From contig JACRCW010000156.1 of the NCBI GenBank assembly GCA_016218805.1, positions 1 to 52,638 of the forward strand: DNA of 52,638 nt, in the 5' to 3' direction. Origin of the DNA: Deltaproteobacteria bacterium. Lineage in GTDB: Bacteria > Myxococcota > JACRCW01. The notes beneath the pieces were generated by a model. That model was given only the letters and a program-made list of their open reading frames with translations. It ran no database searches and was not told the origin of the DNA. Positions 1-9,346 of this stretch are shown here, piece by piece (position 1 is the stretch's first letter; the number at the start of each line of letters is the position of its first letter). A program made the position numbers and the translations under genes.

Positions 1-301
1 GCTGTGCCGGTGCATGGCGACGTCACGGGTGTCCCGCTGGCGTCCCGGCCGGGGGCGGCCGGGCCACACCGCGCTGGCGTGCTACCTGGCCGCAGCGGCG
101 TTGTCGATCCCAGCGTCTACAACCATCTCGCATCACACCCCTCCACGGTGAACGGCCATGGGGCGGCGTCCTGGTGCCTGAGTCGCTGCACACGTGCCCT
201 GATGAGCCCATCAAGGCGCGCGGCGGTTCCTGTCTCGCGTCCAGCGGCGCCCATCCAAGACCGGGCAAGCATGGCTACAGGGTCGCCTACCCGACCCTGC
301 T

Positions 302-1039
302 TCATGCGTCGTGCTCCGGCTCCACCTTCACAACGATGGATGGCGCATCCGGCTCATCACGCGCCCGCTCGGCCGCGGCGGCCCCGAACTGTGGGGCGAC
401 TTGTGCGTGGGGGATTGACTCCACGTGTCGCAACCGGAGAACGCGCGGAGTGCCACCATCGAACCGCTGAAAACGCACAACCTCCCCGTCTGCGAGCCAT
501 GCACCAAAGCTGTACGTCCGCAGCCCGCGCTCAGACAGCACGTACCAACGGTCGTCAACGGGGACGAGAACCAGGTACTCCCCGGGTTCGCCCGGCTTGA
601 GGCCCAGCTGAGCGTGGAGGGCCATGGCCGGACGCCAGGCCGGGATGGACCGCGGAATCTCGTCTTCCTCGGCATACGTCCACCCATTGAGTTGTCCGGG
701 CAGTTCCAACTGCCAGCCGAGCTCATCCTCGAACTGCCGGCGCATCTCCTCGGGAAGGTCGTGATGCGCGAACATCACCTCCCCTTCGCCACGCCTCACG
801 GCGTCCACCAACTCCGCGGGGAGGCGTTTGAGTCGCCCGTACGTCACCTGGGGTTCACTGCCTGGGGGCACTGCCGGCCAACCCACAGCGACCACGACGG
901 CGTCGGGGGCGGCATCGTCCGCAATACGCTGGGGCGTGTTGAGCCAGATGGCAGCGCGCGTGCGCTTGAGAAACGCATCGTCGCCATGGACGGCGTTGAA
1001 GAAGCGATCAACTGGGCGGTCACCAAAGCGCACAAGCAT
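302..1039 (-). CDS. hypothetical protein (~245 aa)
   Basis: Protein-like amino-acid composition, unlike the Arg/Pro-rich shadow frames; no recognisable motif; start could be 1051 (TTG) or 1039 (ATG). Confidence 0.65.
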   Translation of the reverse strand: MLVRFGDRPVDRFFNAVHGDDAFLKRTRAAIWLNTPQRIADDAAPDAVVVAVGWPAVPPGSEPQVTYGRLKRLPAELVDAVRRGEGEVMFAHHDLPEEMRRQFEDELGWQLELPGQLNGWTYAEEDEIPRSIPAWRPAMALHAQLGLKPGEPGEYLVLVPVDDRWYVLSERGLRTYSFGAWLADGEVVRFQRFDGGTPRVLRLRHVESIPHAQVAPQFGAAAAERARDEPDAPSIVVKVEPEHDA

Positions 1040-1174
1040 CCGGGCCTCCAACGCCTCTCAGTGTGCCATGGTCTGAATTAGCAGCCGCCGGACGGCGCGG
1101 GTATCACCGCCCGCCCGTGCGCGCGCTCCCATGCCGGGGATGGCCACGCAATTGCGGGGAGAGGCCGGCCAGAC

Positions 1175-2503
1175 TCAGCGACACACCCAGAGGCTCCAGC
1201 GGTCGTAGCTGCCGCTGGCACCGGCCCGCTCGGCGGCCGTGTCGTGCCACAGGCCGTGGTTGGGATTGGCGTCGGTGAGGTCGTAGAAGCCGTAGTAGTA
1301 GGTGTTGCCGTACCACGCGAGAATGCGGAACTCGTTGCCGCCGTTGACGAGGTTCCCATTGCTGTCCACGGGGGCGATCCACCCGACGCGTCCGCACACC
1401 TTCTGGCTGGCCGCCCAGTTCACGTAGTCCTGGTTGAGGCTGATGCGGCCGCGCACGGCGTAGCGTTGGGTCCCCGACGCGGTGGGGAACGCGTAGGGAC
1501 CTGAGGCGTCCGCGCGCAGGCTGCCAAGGAAGGGGTGCAACAGGTCGTCGTCTTCGTTGGAGTCACTGCGGTTCCAGCACACCCAGCCCCACTGGTACAG
1601 CGCGGCCAGGTCCGCCTGGGACGGCGCAAACGCCACCGACCCAATGGTGCCGTACGCGGAATAAGTGGCTTCAAACGTGGCCGGGCGCTGCAGCATGTTG
1701 ATCTTGAGTTCGCAGTCCCCGTAGCGCCAGCGCTGCGGATTGGTGGTGCCGGGGGCACCGGCGCTCCACGCCGGGCCAATGTCCGCGTACTGCGGGATGG
1801 CCACCGGCCCCTGCGCGCCGCCCGCGCCGCCCGCGCCCAGCAGAATGGGCCCGCCCAGCGCATCCATGGCGGACCCCTGCAGCAGCAGCTGGTTGCTGCC
1901 GGACGGGCTGGTGACAATCTGGTCCGCCCGGGCGACACCCGCCACGTGCAACGGCGCCGCCGGCACCGCGGCTCCCGCGCCGATGCCCACGCTGCCACCC
2001 ACCAGGACATTCCGGTCCGCGGCGAAGTCCTGCTCCGGCACCGCGCGCCGTGCCGCCAGCGCAAACGCGGCGCTCCCCAGGCGCTGCCGCCCGGTCAGGG
2101 CGGTGTACGCGGGCTCGCCCGACGAGCGGACCTCCACGGCGAGGAACAGGTCCACCGATGCGGCCACGGCGTCCGTCAGCGCCGTGCGCTCGCCGAGGCG
2201 CACGGAGAACGCGCCGGCGGTGACCGGGACGCCGGTCTGCTCTTCCTGCCACAGGCACCAGGTGGACGGGCAGGCCGTCACGTTTCCCTGCACGGGGTCA
2301 TTGAACAGCGTGAACCGCAGGTCCGCCGTGGCGGCGAGCGGAAGGCCGTTGCGTTCAAGCATCCCTTCATACGGCAGCGTGCCCCAGCCGGCCGCGTTGC
2401 TGATGTCCGCGCGCGCCACGCCGCCCGCGGTGGTCAGCGTCACGGCGACGGCGAGCACCAGGGTGACGCGGGCCCTCATTCCCTCTCTCCATGACTGCGA
2501 CAT
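1175..2503 (-). CDS. secreted trimeric fibre/tail-fibre-like adhesin (MAT-like N-terminal domain)
   Basis: Signal peptide (…LAVAVTLTTAGGVARA); PYEGMLERNG…LRFTLF…WQEE…GAFSVRLG…RQRLGSAAFA domain; GSVGIG…PLHVAG fibre repeat; paralogue of 36709..37626; alternative start 2479. Confidence 0.8.
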   Translation of the reverse strand: MSQSWREGMRARVTLVLAVAVTLTTAGGVARADISNAAGWGTLPYEGMLERNGLPLAATADLRFTLFNDPVQGNVTACPSTWCLWQEEQTGVPVTAGAFSVRLGERTALTDAVAASVDLFLAVEVRSSGEPAYTALTGRQRLGSAAFALAARRAVPEQDFAADRNVLVGGSVGIGAGAAVPAAPLHVAGVARADQIVTSPSGSNQLLLQGSAMDALGGPILLGAGGAGGAQGPVAIPQYADIGPAWSAGAPGTTNPQRWRYGDCELKINMLQRPATFEATYSAYGTIGSVAFAPSQADLAALYQWGWVCWNRSDSNEDDDLLHPFLGSLRADASGPYAFPTASGTQRYAVRGRISLNQDYVNWAASQKVCGRVGWIAPVDSNGNLVNGGNEFRILAWYGNTYYYGFYDLTDANPNHGLWHDTAAERAGASGSYDRWSLWVCR

Positions 2504-2838
2504 GACGTGCACCTCGCCTGCGGGTTGGGGGCGGATGGTGGCAGCGTCGGCGCGGGGTGGCAAACGGGCATTCGCTGCGCGCCGCGGGGCGGACGGTTGC
2601 ATCGTGAAGCGGTGGCCAGAGCGCGACGATGACTGGATGCAGGCATTCTCTGCGACGGGCTCTTTGGGCAAATGGCGGACCGGCGCAACACCGAGACACG
2701 GACGAGGACACACCTTCGGCCGCAACACGGTCTGGAGGACCTTCAAGTGCGTCCGTCTGGACAAACCGTACCCCTGGAGGCCACATTACGACGCCAACGA
2801 CCCTTGCGGAGCCGCAAGCTGCCACGGCGGATTGAGCC

Positions 2839-3774
2839 ATGTACTCGTTGCTCGAGGTCCAGAACTTCCGTGGCATTGAACGCCTCACGCTGGATGGGCT
2901 GAACCGGGTCAATCTCGTCGTCGGCCGCAACAACTGCGGTAAGACATCGCTGCTCGAGGCGGCTGCGCTCGCCTGGGACCCGACCGTCGCGGACAGCGTG
3001 CTTCCTTCGCTCTTCCGTCAGAGCGCTGGCTCAACGGAGGAGCGGTACTACCGATGGTTGGTACGCCAATCGTCTCCGTCGGCATCGTTGGAAATCCGGA
3101 ACGGCGCCCATGCTTGTTCCGTGGTGCTGAACAGGGTTGCGACTGAGCAACCGGCGGGTTGGACGGTACGCGCCCTGCCGGGCGGCCTTCAGCTGCTTGC
3201 CAAGGACAGGGGCGGTAGCGTGCAGGTCACCACCGCACAGCCGCAAGGTCCAAACCAGGTTGTCTCCAAGTACGCGAAGGCCGTCCGGCGGAAAGGTGGG
3301 GAGGAGCAGATTGAGCGTCTCCTGCGAGCGGTGGACAGCCGGGTGCGGAAGGTTCGCGTTGATCCAGCGGCGGATGGCAACCACCTGATGGTGGACATGG
3401 GACTGGCCGAGATGCTGCCCCTTACCCAGGTGGGCGACGGCATGTACCGCCTTGTCTCCATGCTCTCCGATCTCGTGGGCGAGACGCCGGCATTCTGCCT
3501 GATCGACGAGATAGAAAACGGCCTGCACCATTCGGTTCTTCCCGCGGTGTGGACGGCGCTGGGCGAAGCCGCGGCGCAGCTCGACCTTCAGATCATTGCC
3601 ACCACCCACAGCCGCGAGTGCCTGGAGGCGGCCGACAGCGCCTTCGAAGCCCGTAGCAGCTATGACCTTTCCGTCATCCAGATGTTCCGATTGGAAGGCA
3701 ACGTTCAAGGGCGTTTGCTCGGGCGGGACCAGGTGCGAGCGGCCGCTGCAGGAGACGTGGATCTCCGGTCATGA
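2839..3774 (+). CDS. ABC-type ATPase (AAA_15/AAA_21 family)
   Basis: N-terminal 'LEVQNFRGI', Walker A GRNNCGKTS, Walker B CLIDEIENGLH, H-loop IATTHS. Confidence 0.9.
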   Translation: MYSLLEVQNFRGIERLTLDGLNRVNLVVGRNNCGKTSLLEAAALAWDPTVADSVLPSLFRQSAGSTEERYYRWLVRQSSPSASLEIRNGAHACSVVLNRVATEQPAGWTVRALPGGLQLLAKDRGGSVQVTTAQPQGPNQVVSKYAKAVRRKGGEEQIERLLRAVDSRVRKVRVDPAADGNHLMVDMGLAEMLPLTQVGDGMYRLVSMLSDLVGETPAFCLIDEIENGLHHSVLPAVWTALGEAAAQLDLQIIATTHSRECLEAADSAFEARSSYDLSVIQMFRLEGNVQGRLLGRDQVRAAAAGDVDLRS

Positions 3775-4393
3775 GCAAGCCCCGTCTCGAGGATTCTCCC
3801 CACGTGGTTTGCGTCGAGGATTACTCTGACCTGCTGTTCATCGCCGAGGTGTTGGAAGAGGAGGGCGTGAAGGGCGTCTTTATCAAGGAGTTTCCTGGCA
3901 AGCAGGCCATGAAGACCCAATTGGACCGTTTCTCACGCCGCAACTCCTTGGCGAAAAGGCCAGCATTGGCGTCATCGTGGATGCCGACACCGACTCAGGC
4001 GGGACGTTTGCCGGTTTCGCAGCACTCCTCGCGCGGCTGACAAAGGTCGAGATCCGACAGCCGGGCACCTGGGGAGGCGTGAACCCGCGGGTGGGGCTCA
4101 TGGTGGTTCCGCATGATGCGCCCGGCGAGCTGGAGACGCTGGTGTGGCGGGGCTGGTGTGCGGACCCCGCCAACGCCGCGCGGTTGAGCTGCATCCAGGC
4201 TTTCGAAGGCTGCATGCAGGCTGCCGGGGTGGCCGCACAAAGCCCAGACAAGGCCCGCCTCCAAGCGCTCCTGTCGCTGCTCAACGATGACGATCCGCGG
4301 CTGGGCCCGGGTGCGCGCGCACGAAAGCTGGACCTGGGCAGTCCGGCGCTGTTGCCCCCTGTGACGTTTCTGCGGGGCGTTGCATCCCCGTGA
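3771..4393 (+). pseudogene. DUF3226/TOPRIM-like protein, frameshifted near 3925
   Basis: ATGA overlap with the ATPase; frame 1 gives VCVEDYSD…MKTQL, and the -1 frame continues PFLTPQLLGEKASIGVIVDAD…PGELETL…PDKA; one base is missing around TTGGA/CCGTTT. Confidence 0.75.
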
Positions 4394-4473
4394 CGCCGGT
4401 TCGGCGGGCAGTGACGGCCCTCCACGCCATGATGCCGGGCCCGCGCCTTCGGGTCACTTCAGCAGTTCCCTGA

Positions 4474-5805
4474 TCAGCTGTGCGTGGCTTCGCCGCCGCT
4501 GCGGCGCGCGGACTTCACCACGCGGCGCAGGCGTGCGGTGGTCAGCGGGGCCATCACGTGGTGCAGCACCGGCAGGCGCGGCCGGTCACCCTTGTCCACG
4601 TAGGACAGCACCACGCCGCCGTGGGCGTGCGTCTCCGCCGCCAGCTCGCCAATGCGCACCTCATCCAGGTCCCGCGCGGCGTCCTCCAGCACCAGCACCT
4701 GCGGGCGGGCCATGCGCACCAGCGCCGGCGTGTCCCCGTCCAGGGCCACCACCGCCCACGCAATGCCCGGGTCATCCAGCGCGCGGAATGCGCGGCGCAG
4801 GCCGCGCACGTCATTGCCCAGCACCAGCACGGTCATGGCACCCGGTTCGGCCACCTTCTCCTTGCGGGGCCGCCGCGGGGACGGCGCGGTGGGGTCGGCG
4901 CCGGGGTCGGTGGGGCCAGCCAGGTCTGAGGCGGGCAGTCCCACGCGGGCCACAGGGGTGCGGTGGTCCTCGGGTGGCGGCGTGGGCTCCGGCGGCATGT
5001 CTGTGATGGGCGTGGGCTCGTCCAGGTCCGAGGCGGTCTGCTCCGCGGGGGGCGGGGTGGACGGGGGCGGCAGAGTGACGGGGAGCGGGCCCATCAGCGA
5101 GGTGAAAGTGGCCCCGGGCGCGGGAGTGCGGGTGCGCTGCGGTGGCGTTGGGGGCGGTGGCGGCGGTGGCGGCGGGGTGGGCGCGGCCGCGGGCGGTGGC
5201 AACAGGAGGCCCGGCCGCGCGGCGAGCAGGGCGCGGACCTGGTCCAACAGGGCGGCGGGGTGCTCGGCGGGGTCCGGCGGGAAGTTGAACGCAACGCGTT
5301 GCGAGGGCGCCAGCGTGCGCACACCGCCGGGAGGCCCCAGGGCGGCGAGCACCAGGCGCGGGCCGGGCTCGACGAGGACGTCAAACGCGCAGCCGGGGAG
5401 GGTGCCGCGTCCGGCCAGCACGGGGCGCCCGTCCAGGGGGGCCGGCCGCAGCCCCGCATGGGTCAGCAGGTCATGGTGCGTGGCGAGGCGGACGCGCAGT
5501 CCCTCCAGCTGGCCGCGCAACCGCGCCACCAGGTCGTCATGGGTGGTGCAGCCCACGGGGTCCAGCAGCGCCAGGTACGCCAGCTCCGGCGGGTCATGGA
5601 ACTTCAGCAGCGTGCCCATGACGGAGTAGCCGGAAGCTGCCAGCAGTGGCTGCTGTGTCAGCAGGCTGCGGAGTTCCGCGCCGTGCAGCGGCAGGTGGAA
5701 GCTGACGCAGTCACCCTGGGTGCGGCAGTCCGCGCCCGCCTGCCGGAGGAAGCGCTCCAGGGCGAGGGTGGCGGAGGAGGATGTCGCGGTGCCCGGCGGG
5801 TGCAT
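4474..5805 (-). CDS. hypothetical protein with Pro-rich linker and C-terminal degenerate receiver-like domain
   Basis: GC3-rich ORF; C-terminal 'TVLVLG…RPQVLVLED…VVLSY…MAPLT' resembles a REC fold; start 5826 (GTG) or 5805. Confidence 0.7.
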   Translation of the reverse strand: MHPPGTATSSSATLALERFLRQAGADCRTQGDCVSFHLPLHGAELRSLLTQQPLLAASGYSVMGTLLKFHDPPELAYLALLDPVGCTTHDDLVARLRGQLEGLRVRLATHHDLLTHAGLRPAPLDGRPVLAGRGTLPGCAFDVLVEPGPRLVLAALGPPGGVRTLAPSQRVAFNFPPDPAEHPAALLDQVRALLAARPGLLLPPPAAAPTPPPPPPPPPTPPQRTRTPAPGATFTSLMGPLPVTLPPPSTPPPAEQTASDLDEPTPITDMPPEPTPPPEDHRTPVARVGLPASDLAGPTDPGADPTAPSPRRPRKEKVAEPGAMTVLVLGNDVRGLRRAFRALDDPGIAWAVVALDGDTPALVRMARPQVLVLEDAARDLDEVRIGELAAETHAHGGVVLSYVDKGDRPRLPVLHHVMAPLTTARLRRVVKSARRSGGEATHS

Positions 5806-5862
5806 GGGTGCGTCGGAAACTGCCACGCGGGTGCCTGAGGCGTCACGCGGGGTGGTGCCGCG

Positions 5863-6699
5863 TCACAGGTGCGTGCGGACGTCCCACAGCTCGGGGAACA
5901 GCAGCCAGTCCACCGCCTTGCGCAGGAACGGGACGCCGGAGCTCCCGCCGGTGCCGCGCTTGTAGCCAATGATGCGGTGCACGGTCTTGAGGTGCCGGAA
6001 GCGCCACAGCGAGAACTGCTCCTCCACGTCCACGAGCTTCTCGGCCATCTCGTAGGCGTCCCAGGCCCGCTCCGGCGCGCGGTAGATGCCCTTGAACACC
6101 TCCACCACGCCCTCGTGCGCCACGTAGGGGCGCGTGAAGTCCCGCTCCAGCACCGCGCGGGGGACCGCGTGACCGTGGCGGGCCAGGTAGGCCAGGTACT
6201 CCTCGTAGATGGACGGACGGGCGGCCACCGCCAGCAGCGCGCGGTAGCGCGGCTCGTCATGGCGGAACACTTCAGCCATCTCCACGTTCTTGTTGTTGAG
6301 GATGAACTCAATGGTGCGGAAGTTGTGGGACTGGAACCCGCTGGCCGGTCCCAGCACGTGGCGGAATTGCAGGTACTCCGACGGAGTGAGCGTCTCCAGC
6401 ACGGCCCACTGGTTGAACAGCTGCGCCTGGATGTGTTTCACGCGGGACAGGATCTTCAGCACCGGGGGCAGCTCGTCGCGGCGGATGTGCGCCAGCGCCG
6501 CGTCCAGTTCGTGGATGACCAGCTTCATCCACAGCTCGCTGGTCTGGTGCTGGATGATGAACAGCATCTCGTCGTGGTGCGGGGGATCGCTGCGCGGGCG
6601 CTGCTGGTCCAGCAGCGCGTCCAGGCGCAGGTAGTCCGTGTAGGTCAGCTTGTCCTTGAGGTCGGTGGTGATGCCGGCTTCCAGTTCTCGGTGTGTCAT
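5863..6699 (-). CDS. kynA: tryptophan 2,3-dioxygenase
   Basis: [22 protein letters not shown] and [11 protein letters not shown] motifs; GGGAGA RBS before the ATG. Confidence 0.96.
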   Translation of the reverse strand: MTHRELEAGITTDLKDKLTYTDYLRLDALLDQQRPRSDPPHHDEMLFIIQHQTSELWMKLVIHELDAALAHIRRDELPPVLKILSRVKHIQAQLFNQWAVLETLTPSEYLQFRHVLGPASGFQSHNFRTIEFILNNKNVEMAEVFRHDEPRYRALLAVAARPSIYEEYLAYLARHGHAVPRAVLERDFTRPYVAHEGVVEVFKGIYRAPERAWDAYEMAEKLVDVEEQFSLWRFRHLKTVHRIIGYKRGTGGSSGVPFLRKAVDWLLFPELWDVRTHL

Positions 6700-6859
6700 G
6701 GGTCTCCCCGGGGGCCAGGTGGCGCGCGTGTGTAGCGCAGCGGGGGTGGCCACGCCTTGGGTCCGCACGGCCGTTTGTGACGCGCCGCAGGATGGGGTTG
6801 CAGCGGGGGCCCGGCCCGCGCCAAGGTTGCGCCCACTTGGGAACCCTGGAACCCGCGTC

Positions 6860-8545
6860 GTGACCGAGCCCACCGCCCCCGCCCCGCGTCCGCCCACGCC
6901 CCGGGAGCTCCGGAAGAACCTCTCCGTCCTGCGCAAGGTGGTCCTGAAAAACCCGCTGGACCTGGACGCGCGCCTGCGCATTGCGCGCACCTACCGGCTG
7001 TTGGACAAGCCGGCCGACGCGGTGGAGCACTACCGCAGCGTGGCGCGCTATCTCGCCAACGCGGGCCACCCGGTGCTGGCCATTGCGGTGGTCAAGGAGC
7101 TGTTGCAGGTGGCGCCGGACCATCAGGAGTCCCTGCTGATGCTGGCGCGCCTGTACGCCCGCACGCGCGCCCCCGCCGAGCCCGGCCGCATTGCCGTCCC
7201 CATCCCGGAGCAGGGCACGGACGCGGCGGCGGCGGGCCTGCTGCGGCACTGGCCGCAGTCCCACACCGGGCTGTGGCGCGCGCTGCAGGAGGCGGACTCG
7301 GTGCTCAAGTCCGTGAGCCTGGCGCCGGGGACCCGGCCGGGCCCGGCGTTTGCCGCGCTGCTGGGGGAACAGGCGCGGGATACGCCGCCCATGCCCATGC
7401 CCGCCGTGGACCGCCCCATCAGCCTGGATGACGCGGACGTCCTGGAGGAGCGCGTGGCGGGCCCCGGCGTGCCGGCGCCGCCGCTGGAGGACGAATCCCC
7501 CACCAGCCCGCTGCGCCCCGCGCCCGCCGCCGGGCCCGCGCCGCCCCCGCAGGACACGGACCCGGAGGGCGTGGAGACCGTGTCCGCGGATGAGATTGCC
7601 GAGGTGCAGGACGACAGCGGGGACGCATCGCCCATGCCGCCGCTGCCGGATGTGCCGGACCACCCCATCCCGCTGCCGTCCATCCCGCTGTTCTCCTCTT
7701 TGGACCAGGACGGGTTTGTAACGCTTACGCGCGCGCTGGTGCACAAGACGGTGGCCGCGGGTGAGTACGTGTGGAAGGACGGTGATGACGCGTTCTTCCT
7801 GGTGGTGCTGGCCGCCGGCGAGGCGGTCATCTACCGCGGTGAGGGCGCGCACCGCGTGGAGATGCACCGGCTGGCCCCGGGTGACGTGGCGGGGGTGTTT
7901 GCGCTGGTGGCGGACCGCCGGCGCCAGGCCAGCATGCAGGCGGTGACGGACATTGCGTATTTTGAACTGCACCGCAGCGTGGTGGAGAAGCTGGCGCGGG
8001 ACAACAAGGCGCTGCAGGAGGCGCTGCAGGGTTTCTTCCGCGAACGCGTCATTGGCGCGGTGCTGGCCATGCTGCCGCTGGTGCGGGACCTGGACGTGGC
8101 GGCGCGGCAGGACGTGGCGGCGCGCTTCCGCATCAAGCGCTACCAGGAGGGTGACGAGTTGTTCTACGCGGGCACGGAGACCAGCGGGCTGTGGGTGGTG
8201 CTGGAGGGCGTGGTGGGCGTGGGCACGGAGCGCGCGGACGGGGAGTTTGAGACACGGCAGATGCTGCCACCAGGGCACTTTGTGGCCAGCCTGGCCCAGC
8301 CCAAGGGCGCCGCCACCGAACTGGGCGCGCTGGCCCGTGGGGACGTCACCACCGCGGTGCTGAACCACAAGGCCATTGTGGAGGTGATGACGGCGTACCC
8401 GGCGCTGCGCGGCATAGGCGAAGCGCTGGACCCGGCGGGATTCCTGCTCAGCCCCAACGTGGCCGCGGGGAGCGCGCAGCTGCCGGCGGACCTGTCCCCC
8501 GCGTTCCTGCAGGGCAGCGGCGCGCGGACGGGTGGACACACCTGA
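6860..8545 (+). CDS. TPR + two cyclic-nucleotide-binding domain protein
   Basis: N-terminal TPR-like helices, Pro/acidic linker, two CAP_ED-like domains (PLFSSL…GEYVWKDGD…GEAVI; …GDELFYAG…LEGVVGV); start uncertain. Confidence 0.85.
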   Translation: MTEPTAPAPRPPTPRELRKNLSVLRKVVLKNPLDLDARLRIARTYRLLDKPADAVEHYRSVARYLANAGHPVLAIAVVKELLQVAPDHQESLLMLARLYARTRAPAEPGRIAVPIPEQGTDAAAAGLLRHWPQSHTGLWRALQEADSVLKSVSLAPGTRPGPAFAALLGEQARDTPPMPMPAVDRPISLDDADVLEERVAGPGVPAPPLEDESPTSPLRPAPAAGPAPPPQDTDPEGVETVSADEIAEVQDDSGDASPMPPLPDVPDHPIPLPSIPLFSSLDQDGFVTLTRALVHKTVAAGEYVWKDGDDAFFLVVLAAGEAVIYRGEGAHRVEMHRLAPGDVAGVFALVADRRRQASMQAVTDIAYFELHRSVVEKLARDNKALQEALQGFFRERVIGAVLAMLPLVRDLDVAARQDVAARFRIKRYQEGDELFYAGTETSGLWVVLEGVVGVGTERADGEFETRQMLPPGHFVASLAQPKGAATELGALARGDVTTAVLNHKAIVEVMTAYPALRGIGEALDPAGFLLSPNVAAGSAQLPADLSPAFLQGSGARTGGHT

Positions 8546-8555
8546 GCGCGTGCCC

Positions 8556-8686
8556 CGTGGCATGGGGAAGCCGGGCGTCACCCGCCCCCCACCCCCCGCG
8601 CCTCCCCGCCTCGTCGGCGGAGCGGATGTCGGCGCGGGGCCGCCCCCCAAAGGGGGGCGGCGTTATTGGCTTGCCTGCGGCAAGCC
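8556..8686 (+). repeat. GC-rich multi-hairpin intergenic element (REP-like), probable terminator between convergent genes
   Basis: GCCGCCCCCC-AAA-GGGGGGCGGC hairpin at 8639-8661; GGCTTGCC-TGC-GGCAAGCC at 8668-8686; similar element at 32191-32272. Confidence 0.55.
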
Positions 8687-8693
8687 GGACGCG

Positions 8694-9326
8694 TCAGCGG
8701 TACAGCACCCGCCACGCCTGGCGCGCTCCCGGCGGCACTTCGGTCAGCGGCTGGAAGGAGATCCCGTCCCCCAGCGTCACCGCTTCGCGGAACTGGTCGG
8801 TCACCAGGATCTCGCGCGCGTGCGCAATGTCCTCCCCCAGCTTGGAGGCCGCGTTCACTTCCGCGCCAAACACCTCGTGGTCACCAATGCGCAGCATGCG
8901 CCCGAAGCCCAGCCCCACGCACAGCAGGATGAGTTCCTCGTCGGCGCGGCCCTGGTTGAAGCGCTCCAGGTGCCGCTGCATCTCCAGCGCGCACGCCAGC
9001 GCGGAGTTGGGCCGCCGGAACACCACCATCATGCTGTCCGCCTCCACCTTGAGGAGGAACCCGTCGTGGCGGTTGATGCAGGGCGTCAGCTCCCGCAGGG
9101 ACTCGTAGATGATCTGCAGGAAGTGGATGATCCCAAAGCTCACCACCTGGCGGGAGAACCCGGACAGATCGGTGAACATCACCGCCCACTCCTCGCCAAA
9201 CAGGTCCCAGATGCGCTGGTCCAGCGCGGTCTTGTCCGTGCCGGCCCGCATGCGTTCCTGGATGAGGTCCTCCAGGCGCTGCTCCGCGCCGGTGGGCTTG
9301 ATGCGGTACGCGGTGGGCATGAACAT
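8694..9326 (-). CDS. stand-alone class III adenylate/guanylate cyclase
   Basis: VMFTDLSGFS, LLKVEADS, GLGFG and VFGAEVNAASKL motifs; GGAGG RBS. Confidence 0.92.
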   Translation of the reverse strand: MFMPTAYRIKPTGAEQRLEDLIQERMRAGTDKTALDQRIWDLFGEEWAVMFTDLSGFSRQVVSFGIIHFLQIIYESLRELTPCINRHDGFLLKVEADSMMVVFRRPNSALACALEMQRHLERFNQGRADEELILLCVGLGFGRMLRIGDHEVFGAEVNAASKLGEDIAHAREILVTDQFREAVTLGDGISFQPLTEVPPGARQAWRVLYR

Positions 9327-9346
9327 GGGCGGCCTCCCCGGGTTGG

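Noticed and set aside
117..305. 62-aa ORF coupled (ATGA) to the upstream hypothetical gene
   Set aside because: The overlap is suggestive, but there is no motif or codon-bias support; left uncalled
2600..2838. Gene remnant upstream of the ATPase (…ERDDDWMQAF…RLDKPYPWRPHY…)
   Set aside because: Short protein-like stretch with no recognisable family; cannot be supported without a search
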